Assembly (NCBI GenBank): GCA_951406725.2
Contig: OX597817.1
Coordinates: 25,172,001-25,236,000, forward strand
Origin: Octopus vulgaris
Lineage: Eukaryota
DNA length: 64,000 nt
Direction of reading: 5' to 3'
The notes beneath the pieces were generated by a model. The model searched no databases. It worked only from the letters and a program-made list of their open reading frames with translations, and was not told the origin of the DNA. Shown here in pieces: positions 26,224-40,380 of this stretch. The translations under genes were made by a program, and so were the position numbers. Within the stretch, counting starts at the first letter, position 1. Every line of letters begins with the position of its first letter.

Positions 26224-27131
26224 TATTACCATATTTTACAAATTTTGAAACATTTGTAGATAGACAGATTGTGTCTGTGTGTGTATGTGTGTGTGAGATA
26301 CATAGATAGATAGGTAGAGAGAGAGAGAAGAAAAAGAGGTAGTGAAGTGTGAAATGTTTTTACTTGTCAGAGGTTGAAATTCCAGAAGTGAAAGTTTGTC
26401 TCCAAGTGTAATATGACATCAAACATTATAAAATACTGAAATGATCATTTTTCTAAATATTTAATATTTAAAAAGCAAATATTATTGTTGTGAATATTAC
26501 ACTGTCTCTAGATTTGAAGTTAAGACTCTGTATGTAAATCTAGGAATATTTTAGCTAAAACATGATCTCTACTGAGTTATTATGGAACTACTTTATAGCT
26601 TATCTGTTGTTATTACATTAAATTTCTTTTCATATCACTTCTTATATCAATATTGTATATCAGTTTTCTTATTTTGCACATATAGACATATATTGTTATA
26701 AATTTATTTTTTATATTCTGTTTTATTCTTGTTTCTGTTCTCAGTATTATTTCTTCTTTCCTATTGGAATGATTAAAAATATGTTCAAAATTACATTATA
26801 TATAGATTTTCTTTGTTTTCAGTAGAGCACACAAATATTCCAGCAATCAGAACTGAAGTAATTTGTAATTTCTGGAAGTGAGAATTAGCAGGTATGGGCA
26901 TGTGTGTACATACGTACACACACACATATAACTTGTGCAGCTGTTAATCCAGAAATATTTTTCTCACTCCATCAGTTTTCCCCCATCATTCCTTTCTGTA
27001 GAAGTGTATAGGCTCAAAAAGCCAAAGACTCTTCTATTTTTTTCTGAGTGTCAAACTAAAACACCTTGTTTGTTGCTCTTCACCTAACTCTGACACTTGC
27101 TTTTTGTGGGTTTTTTGTACAATTTTGGTTA

Positions 27132-27412
27132 TTCTTCTGAACATGAAACCAATGGTAGCCTTAACTCACAAATAAAGAATATATATATAAATGTGTGCGT
27201 AAATGTAGAATGATAGAATGAGTGCTCAAAACTGCATTGGTGAATAAATAATTTCTTTATTTCTGAATTAAGGCGACTATTGGTTGCATATTAAGATGGG
27301 TAGGAAAATATCCAAGTATCTTAACTATTTTTCAAGCCAATCATGATACTTGAATATTTTCCTACTCTTCTTAACATGAAACCAATGGTAGCCTTAATTC
27401 ACAAATAAGGAA
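27132..27412. repeat. Direct plus inverted partial repeats (pLTR-like)
   Basis: 27253-27320 is the reverse complement of 27345-27412; 27132-27185 is a direct copy of the latter's 3' part. Confidence 0.8.
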
Positions 27413-27450
<38 letters not shown>

Positions 27451-27583
27451 CAGATAAGAGGGAATTTACCACTATGTGGAAACCCTTACGTTAGAAGAAG
27501 ATCCACTATGGAGAATTGTTCTCTAGAAAATTTAGAGATTTGATGTTATCAAATTAATACCCAATTTTTCACCCTCAATTTAA

Positions 27584-27632
<49 letters not shown>

Positions 27633-27690
27633 AATGTATGTATCCAGTGAAAAAAAGACAAAGAAAATTCTTTAACACATCTTTAATTAT

Positions 27691-27807
27691 AAGTTACAAA
27701 TATTTCTATACCATCTCCATTTGCAATGCCAGTTTATGCGAAAATTCTAAATGAAAAATCATGTAATATTTGCAGTTTAGACATCGGAGAGGCATTTCAT
27801 CAGACTT
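27691..27807 (-). ncRNA. Candidate type-I hammerhead with long stem II loop
   Basis: aagt CTGATGA a atgcc-tctcc [long loop] ggaga-t-ggtat a GAAA ta tt tGTA actt: stem I aagt/actt, GUA cleavage triplet; first stem II pair is an A-A mismatch. Confidence 0.5.
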
Positions 27808-28175
27808 GCATCAAAGGTCTGCTTTTACATCGTGTATCAATCAGACATTGCTGTTAGGAAAATATCAAGAGGAAATAGAAAAGGAAAACTTAAAAGTGTG
27901 GATGCAGGATGAGTATGTGGGGTAGAGATTATGTGGTGAGGGAATCAAGAGGGTGGATACGTGTCACAGGAGGGAGTGGAAAACGATCAACAGAAGACGA
28001 AAGTGAAGTAGGAGGAGGAGGAGGAGGAGGAGGAGAAGAAGTTATGTTTTGAGAACTCACTTAGATAAAGAATACAGGGCAGGAAGAATTGGTTTTGTCA
28101 ATGAACTACCAACGAAAACTCATAGACACACACGACATAATAATCCAACTGCTTGTTCCAATCCTGTACAACACA

Positions 28176-28583
28176 CTCTCTCTTTTACTTGTTCAAGTCA
28201 TTTGACTGCGGCCATGCTGGAGCACCGCCTTTAGTCGAGCAAATCGACCACGGGTCTTATTCTTTGTAAGCCCAGTACTTATTCTATCGGTCTCTTTTTG
28301 CCGAACCGCTAGGTGACGGGGACATAAACACACCAGCATCGGTTGTCAAGCGATGGTGGGGGGACAAACACCGACACACACAAACATATACACACACATA
28401 CATATATATATACATATATACGACAGGCTTCTTTCAGTTTCCGTCTACCAAATCCACTCACAAGGCATTGGTCGGCCCGGGGTTATAGCAGAAGACACCT
28501 GGCCAAGATGCTACGCAGTGGGACTGAACCCGGAACCATGTGGTTGGTAAGCAAGCTACTTACCACACAGCCACTCCTGCGCC
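28176..28583 (-). mobile_element. Family A SINE nested in PLE
   Basis: Near-consensus reverse copy; PLE-like sequence lies on both sides. Confidence 0.92.
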
Positions 28584-29792
28584 AATCAAATAAGCATAAC
28601 AACAGATATAGGAATCAGGATGTTCTCTGGTTCAACCTGATTTTCGGTTTGCATGTTTAAACCAAGATCGCTGGAAAATTTTTTGCTACTTTCGACAAGT
28701 GTTTTCCTAAATCTAATCGGTATGTTATTTTTAATCGACACACCGTCAAGTTATCCTACGTCAACTCTGCTAATTTAGAGCAGCTTATGCATCGCACAAA
28801 CAAAAGCAAAATGTGGGAAAGGTTCAATAATCCAGTTACTGGATCTAGCGAACATTTGCATCTAAATACCAACCAAGGAGATGTAAACCGCAATGATAAA
28901 CTCCAACTACGACTTATTTGTAGTAATATAAATACTTGTGATACAGCTAACACGATAAAGTCTCATGCAGAGATAAATCAAAATGTCTTTTGATGAATCT
29001 CTGTATGAGTATAAATCGTGTATATAAATGTACTATTCACACAATGAGTGGGCCGTATGTTTACATTGGGCTGACCGTTGATTCATTTAAGAATCGTTAT
29101 CGTAACTATGTTGCCAGCTTTAAGACAATCAATAAGAGACATTCAACATCTTTGGCAGATTTTGTATGGCGACTGAAGGAGGATAAAAGGAAGTACATCA
29201 TTAATTGGTCCATAGTAAGGTACTAGAAACCATACAATATTATTTCCAAGAGATGCCGTCTCTGCTCCGAGAAATCCCTGTCTATTCTGCGGACTAACGA
29301 GATCATTAGTAGAATTTCTGAACGACTCTCCAGATGCCTACACGCATATAAATGTACTTTCGCACAATGCAGTAGGAAATGAATTTTGAATAACCGTTAA
29401 CTTAATTTAATTTACTTTAAGGTATGGATGACTTAAGTTTATTTTTATCCTCCCCATTCTTATAAACACTAAGTAGCTAGATAACTCGCTCTGTGATCAT
29501 GAATGCACCAATCCTCACGTGTACGTATGCTCACATTTTTGTGGATGCTTGTATGTGCGAGTGTACTCGCGTCATGCAGCTTGACCGAGGGCGTTTATAT
29601 ATCCATATCTGTTAACGGTTATTTTAAATACTTTTCTCGCTGGATTGCGTGTTCTTTACTCTTTCTGCCATCCGAGATTTTATTTTTGACCTTCTATATA
29701 AATGAAGCTATATCCTCCGTCTGGCTGCTTTTCCTTCTACAAAACGGAAAATTACATTGCGGAATAATCATTTTAACGAGTTTGTTTATTTA

Positions 29793-29896
29793 TCACCCGA
29801 CGAGATACATCTGCACCACCGGATGCTCCTGAACCAGTTGTTGAGTGTCGCACCCACGAGGAATCGCTGCTAGATGTGTCGAAACAATTATCGTGA
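29793..29896 (+). ncRNA. Hammerhead ribozyme relic in PLE 3' pLTR
   Basis: tcac CCGACGA gatacatctg [57 nt] tagatgtgtc GAAAC aatt ATC gtga: stem I tcac/gtga and a 10-bp stem II; core U4 to C and GUC to AUC changes. Confidence 0.7.
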
Positions 29897-29937
29897 ACGA
29901 TCACTGTGAAAGTGACGGCGCTTTATCACTAAGCTAC

Positions 29938-30249
29938 CACTGACCTGACCTTGGTGCTCTACTATTTAAGGACCTGATTCGCTTGAACCCTGAACTGTTA
30001 TACACACACATGATATATACGTGTGTGTGTGTATACATGGCAATGGCTATGTCACGTTGAAATAAATAAATAAATAATATAATGAATATATATAAATATT
30101 CATTATATTATTTAATTCAACGTGACACAGCTATTGCCATGTATACACACACACGTATATATCATGTGTATGTGTGTGTGTGTGTATAGCAGTTCAGGGT
30201 TCAAGCGAATCAGGTCCTTAAATAGTAGAGCACCAAGGTCAGGTCAGTG
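29938..30249. repeat. Spacerless ~155-bp-arm palindrome at the PLE 3' end
   Basis: CACTGACCTGACCTTGGTGCTCTACT... is mirrored by ...AGTAGAGCACCAAGGTCAGGTCAGTG; centre near 30092. Confidence 0.95.
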
Positions 30250-32235
30250 AAATCGCTATCATGTACAAAACATTACAGGAACATATACATACGTACCGAA
30301 GTAAAAACGGATTTACATTTCAGTTGCATGTACGATCACAAGCAACTGACTGATTATACGACGAGTCTCAAGGTTGTACCTAGTTAAAAATACTACCCCC
30401 AATTGTACTGCACTCAATTGACTCCTGTTTCACGCGTGAGAGTTAATTGAATACAGGCGCACACATATGTAGTTTGAACATTTCTTATCTGAAGCATTCG
30501 TTACTCAGAGTATCATGGACATTTGAAGCAGATACTTAACCATTCAGAAATTTACTGTAAGTAAAGCATCAGAAGCATGTTTCTATTCACCATTGGTAAG
30601 TGTGTTTCCTCTTAGCCAAGACAAATCAAGCGATGTACAGAAGACGATATCAACAAGAAAAAGTTTTGCCAGCAAACTGGTCTATCTACTCTTCGTTATT
30701 GTCATGTCTTATAATCATTCATTGCATTATTTTCTGGATAAACTGATGTACCAAGAGGAACTCATATTTGTAACAGCAATATGAAGTTATCTCAGATTTT
30801 CATTTTAGAGATATCACAGACTACTTCAGGATGTATAGTTTTTCAGACAAGCAGAGACAACAGCTATGATATCTAATAAAGCATGTAAGAACTCATTGAT
30901 GATAATTGTCCTTCAGAAAGGGAGTAACGTTTAACTTTTCATGGACCTAAAGAATTACTGATCTTGTTATACAGTCCCTTAAAGTCATAAGTGGTCAGTT
31001 TTGTATATTTCTTCTGCATCCACCAGGCAGAACAATTATTACTCTACATACATTGATTTGGGAAAGACTGAAAATCACTTTAGATGAAAATGACTTTAGG
31101 TGACCTGATTTTAGTTTTTCAATGAAGTGTGATCTATATAGCTGTGTATTTTCCGTTTTATAGTTTGATAGTAGAAGCGATGATGTGTCGTCGTCATAAC
31201 AGAATGTGTTACATAGCTTATGGCATTTGAATGTAACCAGAAAGTGGTGTTTCATAAGAAGTTCCTGGCAAAATCTGTTGTAATTACTCAGTTTGAGAAA
31301 AACTGTTTTACAATTTCTGAAAAACCCGCACAAATGATTTGTTTATAGTGATAACGTATGTGCTGGACATTATCTGACTCCGTCCATCTAATCGAGGCTT
31401 CCTGAATAAGTTCACGATTTACCACACGTAAAGTGTTTAAGTAATCGCAGAGCAATGTGAAATGAAGTGCTTTGCTCCGGAACACAACCCATCACCCAGT
31501 TCAGAAATTGAAACCACGATCTTTCTCGATCGTGAGCGCAGCACCCTAACCAGAAACACACACACACACACAAGCGCACGAGCGTGTGTGTGTATTTATA
31601 CATGTATACATACCTTTATATGACCACCCATACATTCACATGCGCAAACATGCACGTTCACGTCTGTAGTGGTAGCAGGGCATAGAAATCCAGTATCAGG
31701 TGGTAATGGAAATCATTGCTCGGTTACGAATTTTCATGCACACTCATATGTACATACAGGCATACAAATTGCTCCTAACACAGGCACCGTCTTAGCTGCG
31801 TATAAACCAAAACACGTATACACATATACACAATCTACTACTATAAACACTAAACAAGTAACATCCCCCCACACACACACAATCATACGCAAAATATCTT
31901 AAATCTAAACTAAAAGCACATATGCACTCAGGTATTCCAAAGACAATAAATACAAGAACAAAATGAAACGTTTCTTAAACATTGTGACACACGAAGAGCA
32001 GACGAGGAGATGTCATCGATAAGGTCACGAATGGCGACGAAATGACTCTCACAAACCAACTGATTAATTTATTAATCAAGCGAATAGTCAAGTAATCGAT
32101 TATTTAATTGCTTAATTAATTAAGAAGTTGACTATTTATAAAAAGAAACGAAACAAAACCACTGCGTGTATTTTCTTTTTTTTTCAATTTGGTAAATAAT
32201 CTTTCCAAGATACAACTTACAAATGCACAAACAAT

Positions 32236-32620
<385 letters not shown>

Positions 32621-33470
32621 TTACTCACAGACCCACAATCGTAGTGTTTATGATTATGTGTGCGTAGTTTATTGATTTGGTGGATCTGCCAAACTTTCAG
32701 ATCTCGGCCAGATATGGAATTAAATGGTGAACGAAGTGAGACGTAACATATTGTGAATCAGACAATATTTGATTGATGATCAATAGAGATATATGATCAG
32801 CAAATTTGGATATGAGGTAAGGGATATGAAGGTAATTTTGACAGAATAGACTTACTTGGTATCAATCCAAAACGAAAAATGTTTAAAATAGCCTTACAAT
32901 GATATTTGTGATATTAATGCTAATGTTATTGCTGGTGTGGTTGTTGCCGTTAAATTGCTATATGGTTTAGTGATAGCTGTGATATTGAAGTGTTAAGCCA
33001 CAGATATATTGTCGTCTGCATATGTATAATGTATATAAGTGTAGATAGTTTCTATAATACAGAGCAACATATAGCTGATCGCTGTTATTCCGTCCTCAAT
33101 CGAATAGTTCTATTCTCAGTTGTGTTGCCTCCGTAAACATGCGACCATCTTTTAGACATACAAAAACCAGTCTTTCTTTTTTGTCATTTCTGGAAGAGAA
33201 TAGAATGAAGTAATGGAGACTCAGTCGCCATTTCTTGTACATCAAGAAGAATGCAGCGTAGAGAGATGTAAAATGAGATCAGAGGATGTTGTGAAGCTCT
33301 TTTCATACTGCAGTTGGGTATTTCTGTACATCACCATCCTAGCTTCTACTAAAATGTATTTTACATTCGCGCGAAGTCATAACTTGTTCATATTCTTTCG
33401 TCCAAATTAAACTCTGATCAGGAAGACTTATTGTCAAAGATGTTCCCGTCGTTTATTTCAGATGCAGTAT

Positions 33471-33990
<520 letters not shown>

Positions 33991-34989
33991 ATTTTATTCA
34001 TTTATCTTTTCAGTCATTGGACAGAAGCCAAGCTGAGGCTGTATCTCGATGGGTTTTAGGCAATCAAATCAACGTCAGTACTTATTCAAAATTTGTTACT
34101 TATTTTATTGGTGCCTTTTTGATAAACCGTTCAGTTACAGGTACGTAAATAGGTCAACACTGGTTATTAAGCAATGAGAGACAAACACAGACGCATTGTA
34201 GTTTTACTATTGTTGTTGGTTGATCTTTGGTGATGAATGTCTGAGTAGCTGAGTCAAAATGTATTTTTCGAGCCGCGTGAAGAAATAACAGACGACACCC
34301 GCGATCAGTTAACACATTTTATTGTGGCACATAAGAGTTTTAACTGTGTTGGTATTTTACAAATACAACCAGTAACAATTTCATAGCCGGGAGAGACAGA
34401 CATATTGCTTGGAGCTTACGACGAACTTATTGACACAGTAATCTGTGATTGGCTCATCCCAGTTGAAAAATAATAGCGCCTGATGCTGATTAGTGAAAAT
34501 ACTGATCATGTGAAAATACTGTGGTTTGATGATGATGTTGACCGACGATCTAGCGGTTCGGTTTCGAATTATCACTACACACAAAATGCGAACACAGACA
34601 CCCACACATATATGACAAACTTCCGCCTACCAGATCCACTCAAAGGTAATGATCAGTTTGGTACTATAGTAAGGGTCACTTTCTCAATGAGCTATGCGCT
34701 GGCAATGGGACGGCGACTGAAATCATCTGGTTATGAATCAAATTTCTTAACCACACAGCCATTTCTTCGTCTAAACATAGAGTCCCTTTACCAAAAATGT
34801 CCTTCCTTTTTGAAGATTCTGGCGTATAATTTGAAAGATTTCATTAATATTTGAAATATGTCAATCAATCAGGAGGATATCTTTTCATTGGCTTCAGTTC
34901 TATTAGAATAATATCGATGATTGAATTCATTTGAGAAAATTATTGCTTTGTTCTATAGACCTTGGAGAAATGAATTCATCAGCTGGGGT

Positions 34990-36595
34990 CGAAGAGAAAA
35001 ATGAAACAAAATGCAGTAAGGTTTATAAAAGTGTTCTTGGATTAAAAGCCCCAAAAAAATAAATTCTTCCCTAACTGTGACTAAATTATGTCACTGCTGC
35101 ATAATTGAATCGCTTCAAACTTCTCTTGAAGTTAAAAGTCAATACAAGGAACCTTAAATCTGCCATTAACATATGGGCTGTTGCCGAAGTTCGCTATAGT
35201 TAATCCGTTCAGAAATGGACACGAGCGGAGATTGACCGACTCGATCACACTACCCGAAAGACGCTGACAATGCATGGTGCCTTCTACCTTGAGGCGAATG
35301 TACAGAGGCTATAAGGTGGCCATGGCCTGATTAGCGTACGGGATACTGAAAGAAGAAACTGGGCAAAGTATTTGGTAAACAGTGAACAAGATCTGCTACC
35401 TGCTACAGTATGCTGCTAATGCTGAAGGATTTACTAACAATGGAGTTGAAAGTACTAATGAATTCTAATCACGAATAGTCACCGAAAGAGAAGAAATACT
35501 ATTCCACATGAAATTACATGTGCAGCAGTCCACAGCAAAACTAACAACTTAAAAGATCAGGAAGTACCATGGTTGTGAATCAGTAAAGTTGACCATAAAA
35601 AAATGGACTGAAATCCTAATCATTGCTGTCTAGGACCTGATAGTGAATACCAACTCAGTGAAAAGGGATATATACCACACGATCGCCAAGAACCTTAGCA
35701 GAATGTGTGAGAAGATCGAAAGCGGTATTCACGTTCTTAGTGCTTGTGAGTCTTGCGCAGAAAGAGTACAGGAGCAGACACGACAAGGTAGCCCTAAACC
35801 TAGCTACTATGCCGGAAGTATGGCTATGAGGTAACGGGTGCTTGGTACCAACATACACCGGAAAAAGCAACGGACGAACGGGAAAGCAAAAGTTCTCTGG
35901 GACTTTGACTTCCAGACAGACAAGGTGTTAGAAAACTAAAGGTTGGATACATGTTTCTTTATTACCCACAAGGGGCTAAACATAGAGAGGACAAACAAGG
36001 ACAGACAAAGGGACTAAGTCGATTTCATCGACCCCAGTGCATAACTGGTACTTAATTTATCGACCCCGAAAGGATGAAAGGCAAAGTCGACCTCGACGGA
36101 ATTTGAACTCAGAACGTAACGGCAGCCGAAATACGGCTACGCATTTCACCCGGGGTGCTAACGTTTCTGCCAGCTCGCTGCCGGATATAGTAGCCTTTAA
36201 GGTGGGCAACCATAACTAATAATTGACGTAGCAGTGTCAGGAGGTTAACGCATTGTCATGAAAGGAAGGGCAACCCCTTACTTGAAACCATTAATAATTT
36301 GACCAGAAAATTGAGATCACCAAGATGTGGCAGCTGCAATAGTCAAACACAAACGTTGTTCCTGGTTGCTATCAGTGTATCGAGTTCAATACCTTCCAAC
36401 CTGAAGAAACATCTGAACACTTTAGAAATACTCTAAATTCTTGTATTGCAAACATCAGCTTTATTTGAATCTGCGCGTACACTGCGTAAAGTACTGTTTT
36501 TTTTATGTCCTTATGATTTGACAGACAGCAAAATCCCCACTGCACACAATATCTTCAAATCTACATTACAATATTGGATACTGTGCGACGTGTTC

Positions 36596-36645
<50 letters not shown>
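34990..36645 (+). pseudogene. R4/Dong-type LINE relic (RT end, zinc knuckle, RLE), interrupted by a SINE
   Basis: NLKSAINIWAVAEVRYS..KWTRAEIDRLDHTTRKTLTMHGAFY..QRL; GGHGLIS; RMCEKIESGIHVLSAC; RHDKVA; WYQHTPEK; LWDFDFQTDKVLEN; ends in (AAT)n at 36597-36645. Confidence 0.85.
35954..36182 (-). mobile_element. Family B Meta-domain SINE nested in Dong LINE
   Basis: Match to 13393-13620; short GGATA repeat on both flanks. Confidence 0.9.
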
Positions 36646-36646
<1 letters not shown>

Positions 36647-36765
36647 TCCCAAGTAATAACATTAATTATAACAGGTACTAATGCTATTGGTAGTAAAGGA
36701 GACGAGAGTGATATTTTAAAACTCTGAATGTATTATGTTTGAGTGTGTATGTGTGTGTATGTATG

Positions 36766-36799
<34 letters not shown>

Positions 36800-36809
36800 T
36801 GTATGTATG

Positions 36810-36852
<43 letters not shown>

Positions 36853-37660
36853 TGTGTTTAAGTTTGTGTATTTATACATACAGGCACACATACATACACA
36901 TGGCATACATATATGCATAATACATACCACAACACAAACTGAGATTATAGAATTGTATTTTCCTGGTGCCTCGTGAGACTGCAATTGACACCAATGAAAA
37001 ACATATAATTTCATTTCTTAAAACTCTGCATCTCAATGAGATTATCCGAAGTTTGGAAGAAGCATAAATAAATACAATTTATTGTAGACATTTTCTCTGA
37101 GAATCCCTTACTTCTCAACTTGAAGCATAAAATAAGATAAACTTTCAGAAAAACTGGGACTGGTAAAAAACTAAATGCAATAAATTATTGGGAAGTTTAG
37201 CATAAATATTCTTCAAACCTACAGATCAACGATATTTCTATTTCATTCAACCTAAATCAATGATTTTTTTTTTTTACCAAACACAGTACGTTTTTAATTT
37301 ATTTCCTTGTAAAGATATATACAACAGTTTTATACTTTTTTTTCCTACTTCGCGTATGCATCAGTTAACTGATTCAAAATCAGATATTTACATAAAATGT
37401 TGGAACAGATGCCTTATGACAAGATCTGTGGTACATCGTGGGCATTGAAACAAGGTGTGCTGTACATTATAATGCGGTTAATATTGTTTATGGTGAAATA
37501 TAGTTATATTTCATGAAGGGTACAGAGAGCAAAAAAAAAAAAAACATAAAAAAGAAATAATGTAAATTCTTCAGTATATATAAACCCCGTATGTATCCCT
37601 TAGTGTGCATGTATGTGTATACATATGAGTATGTATATATATATATGTGTGTGCTTGATA

Positions 37661-38760
37661 TGAGGTTGTACCAAAAATAACGTTAAAGTGGGCATAACAT
37701 AGGTTTGCTTATGTTGCTGGAGTAACATTTCGCATATAATACTTCATTCTAATGCCTTTGCAAGCGAATAATGAGCTCCAAACAGGAGCTATGTGCTGCC
37801 GTCAAATTCTCGACGAAGAAAGCACACATGATGCTCCGACGAGGTGTTTACGGAAAAGGCACTAATAGCAAGCGCAATGTGCACAGATAGTTGAAAAATT
37901 TTAAATAATGATGAAACAAGCATTGAAGAAAAACCACTCAGAGGAAGAAAAGCATTTGCGACCAACAGCATGAATCGCCAGTAAGTGGACGAACTGGTAA
38001 AGAAGACGGTAGATGGCTTTAGGAATTGGAGAGGGTTTGCAAAATGCGTACTACGAAAACAGACATACAATTTGAGAGAGAGAGAGAAGCGTGGAAGTCT
38101 GCTCTAACGTACTAGAAGTATCCTAAGCCCTAAGAAACATAATTTTCCGATCTACTGACGGGGAATGAAGTATAAACTGATCTTTATGTTCTGGAAACAG
38201 AGGCTCAGTCCATGGGATAGTGTCACAGCTCTTCTCTAAGATCTGAGAAATTAAGAGCCTGCAATCGGTACAGAAAGTCATGGGACTGCCTTTTTTTTTA
38301 TTATTTTTATTTTTGTATGGCAAAGGCATTATTCTTCTTTATTTCATCGAACAAGGCTGTACTATGAATAGCGAGCAATACACTGAGTCACTTTAAAAGC
38401 TTAAAGAACTCAAAGAGGAAGAGAAGAAATAAGGATCTGAAAACGATCTTCATTCGCCGTTACAATGTTTGGTTATGCACATCTTTGGTAGCAAATCAGG
38501 GGAATCTGCAAATTGGAGTGATCGGTGGTCCCTCACCCACTATACACCCTACATCTCTAATTTTCACCTGTTCAGTCCAAAGAAGTACAGTATTCGGGGA
38601 CAGTAATTTGATGAAACAGATAAAGTAAAATTTTCTGGGAAGGAATGGGTAGAACACTGCACGCCTGAGTTTTTCAAACAAGATTCAAAAGTTGGTTTCA
38701 ACGATGATGCAGATACATCACTTGTGTCGGAGGCTACGTTGAGAAATACGTTTGTGCAGA
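37661..38760 (+). pseudogene. Highly decayed mariner transposase
   Basis: Fragments ETSIEEKPLRGR, SVQKVMG, GKGIILLYFIEQGCTMNSEQYTESL, SNFHLFSP..RGQ*FD and GGYVEK match irritans-type mariner motifs in the expected order. Confidence 0.75.
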
Positions 38761-38863
38761 GAAAAGTTACTCTACCAACATGTACAATCTGAGTAACCTA
38801 TGTCAGTTAATAAAAAAGTTACTCTCACAACAGCACTATTTTCGGTCTAAACTTCAATTACAT

Positions 38864-39233
38864 AGGCGCAGGAGTGGCTGTGTGGTAAGTAGCTTGCTAA
38901 CCAACCACATGGTTCCGGGTTCGGGCAAGTGTCTCCTGCTATAGCCCTGGATTTGGTAGATTTGGTAGACGGAAACTGAAAGAAGCCTGTCGTATATATG
39001 TAATTATATATATGTGTATGTGTTTCTGTGTGTGTGTTTATCCCCCTAGCATTGCTTGACAACCGATGCTGGTGTGTTTATGTCCCCGTCACTTAGCGGT
39101 TCGGCAAAAGAGACCGATAGAATAAGTACTGGGCTTACAAAGAATAAGTCCCAGGGTCGATTTGCTCGACTAAAGACGGTGCTCCAGCATGGCTGCAGTC
39201 AAACGACTGAAACAAGTAAAAGAGTAAAAGAGT
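38864..39233 (+). mobile_element. Family A SINE with two small internal deletions
   Basis: Head and tail intact; lacks AGTCCCACTGCGTGGCACCTT. Confidence 0.9.
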
Positions 39234-39521
39234 ATACATGCATACAGACAGGCAGACGGACGGACACACATACACACGCACACGTGCGAGCACACAGATG
39301 CAGAACAAGGTGGAGAAATAGCAGAAGATTACAAAACTTAGTTCTAAATTGTATTTGATATTCAAGGTGAAAACCAAAATACAAAAATTGTTACTTATCA
39401 GGCTGTCTGATGATCAGGTACGAGAAACTCAGAATAACAGTTTGTGAAATCTTTTCAAATCTCATATTCATACAACTACCAAAAGTGGCAGTGTTATTTT
39501 TCTCGTTGTCCACTCACTAGT

Positions 39522-40184
39522 ACATGTATGCATACATACATACATACATACATACATACATACATACATACATACATACATACATACATACATACATACA
39601 TGCATGAGGGCATACATACATGCATGCATGCAGGCATACATACATACATACATACATACATACATACATACATACATACATACATACATACATGCATGCA
39701 GGCATACATACATACATACATACATACATACATACATACATACATACATACATACATACATACATACATACATACATACATGCAGGCATACATACATACA
39801 TACATACATACATAAATACATACATACATTCATACATACATGGCATACATACATACATACATGCATGCAGGCATATACATACATACATACATACATACAT
39901 ACATACATGCATGCAGGCATACATACATACATACATACATACATAAATACATACATTCATACATACATGCATACATACATACATGCATGCAGGCATACAT
40001 ACATACATGCATACATACATACATACATACATACATACATACATACATACGTACGTACGTACGTACATACATACATACATACATACATACACACATACAT
40101 ACATACATACACACATACATACATACGTACGTACGTACGTACGTACGTACATACATACACACACACATATATACATACATACAT
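39522..40184. repeat. (CATA)n tetranucleotide array with higher-order CATGCAGG and CGTA variants
   Basis: About 660 bp of CATA with periodic TGCATGCAGG interruptions. Confidence 0.97.
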
Positions 40185-40380
40185 AGTTAATCCAAACAAG
40201 AAAGCACAAAAAAACACAACGCGAGGACGTGGAACAAATATAGTATTATTGGACGCTCAGGAAAGAAGGAAAGAAGGAGGGTTTAACGTTTCGAGCGGAG
40301 CTCTTCGTCAGAAACATAGGAGAAGGAAAGACAGAGGAAAATAAATCGCCAACGGTACACAAGAGGTCACATTTTGAAAG
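40185..40380 (-). mobile_element. Retrozyme/pLTR-like short element within a (CATA)n tract
   Basis: About 195-bp unit flanked by CATA/CA microsatellite on both sides; carries an HHR. Confidence 0.7.
40281..40315 (-). ncRNA. Minimal type-I hammerhead ribozyme
   Basis: gttt CTGACGA a GAGC tcc GCTC GAAAC GTT aaac: stem I gttt/aaac, stem II GAGC/GCTC, palindromic AACGTT stem III, GUU triplet. Confidence 0.8.

Larger units (their letters stand above)
28040..30092 (+). mobile_element. 5'-truncated Penelope-like retroelement (C-terminal GIY-YIG and 3' pLTR), interrupted by a SINE
   Basis: DVLWFNLIFGLHV*TKIAGKFFATFDKCFPKSNRYVIFNRHTVKLSY..; RVYKCTIHTMSGPYVYIGLTVDSFKNRYRNYVASFK..HSTSLADFVWRLKE..INWSIV..KPYNIISKRCRLCSEK..SRCLH, stop near 29382; HHR in the 3' region. 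Confidence 0.9.

Noticed and set aside
30593-31333. Non-repetitive ORFs of 63 and 112 aa
   Set aside because: No domain similarity or convincing splice structure; lengths are within chance expectation.
39444-40344. Long ORFs up to 246 aa (MYVC/HTYI repeats), and similar ORFs at 5.4-5.9, 32.1-32.6, 36.7, 49.0 and 63.1-63.4 kb
   Set aside because: Stop-free translations of microsatellites in several frames on both strands; not genes.
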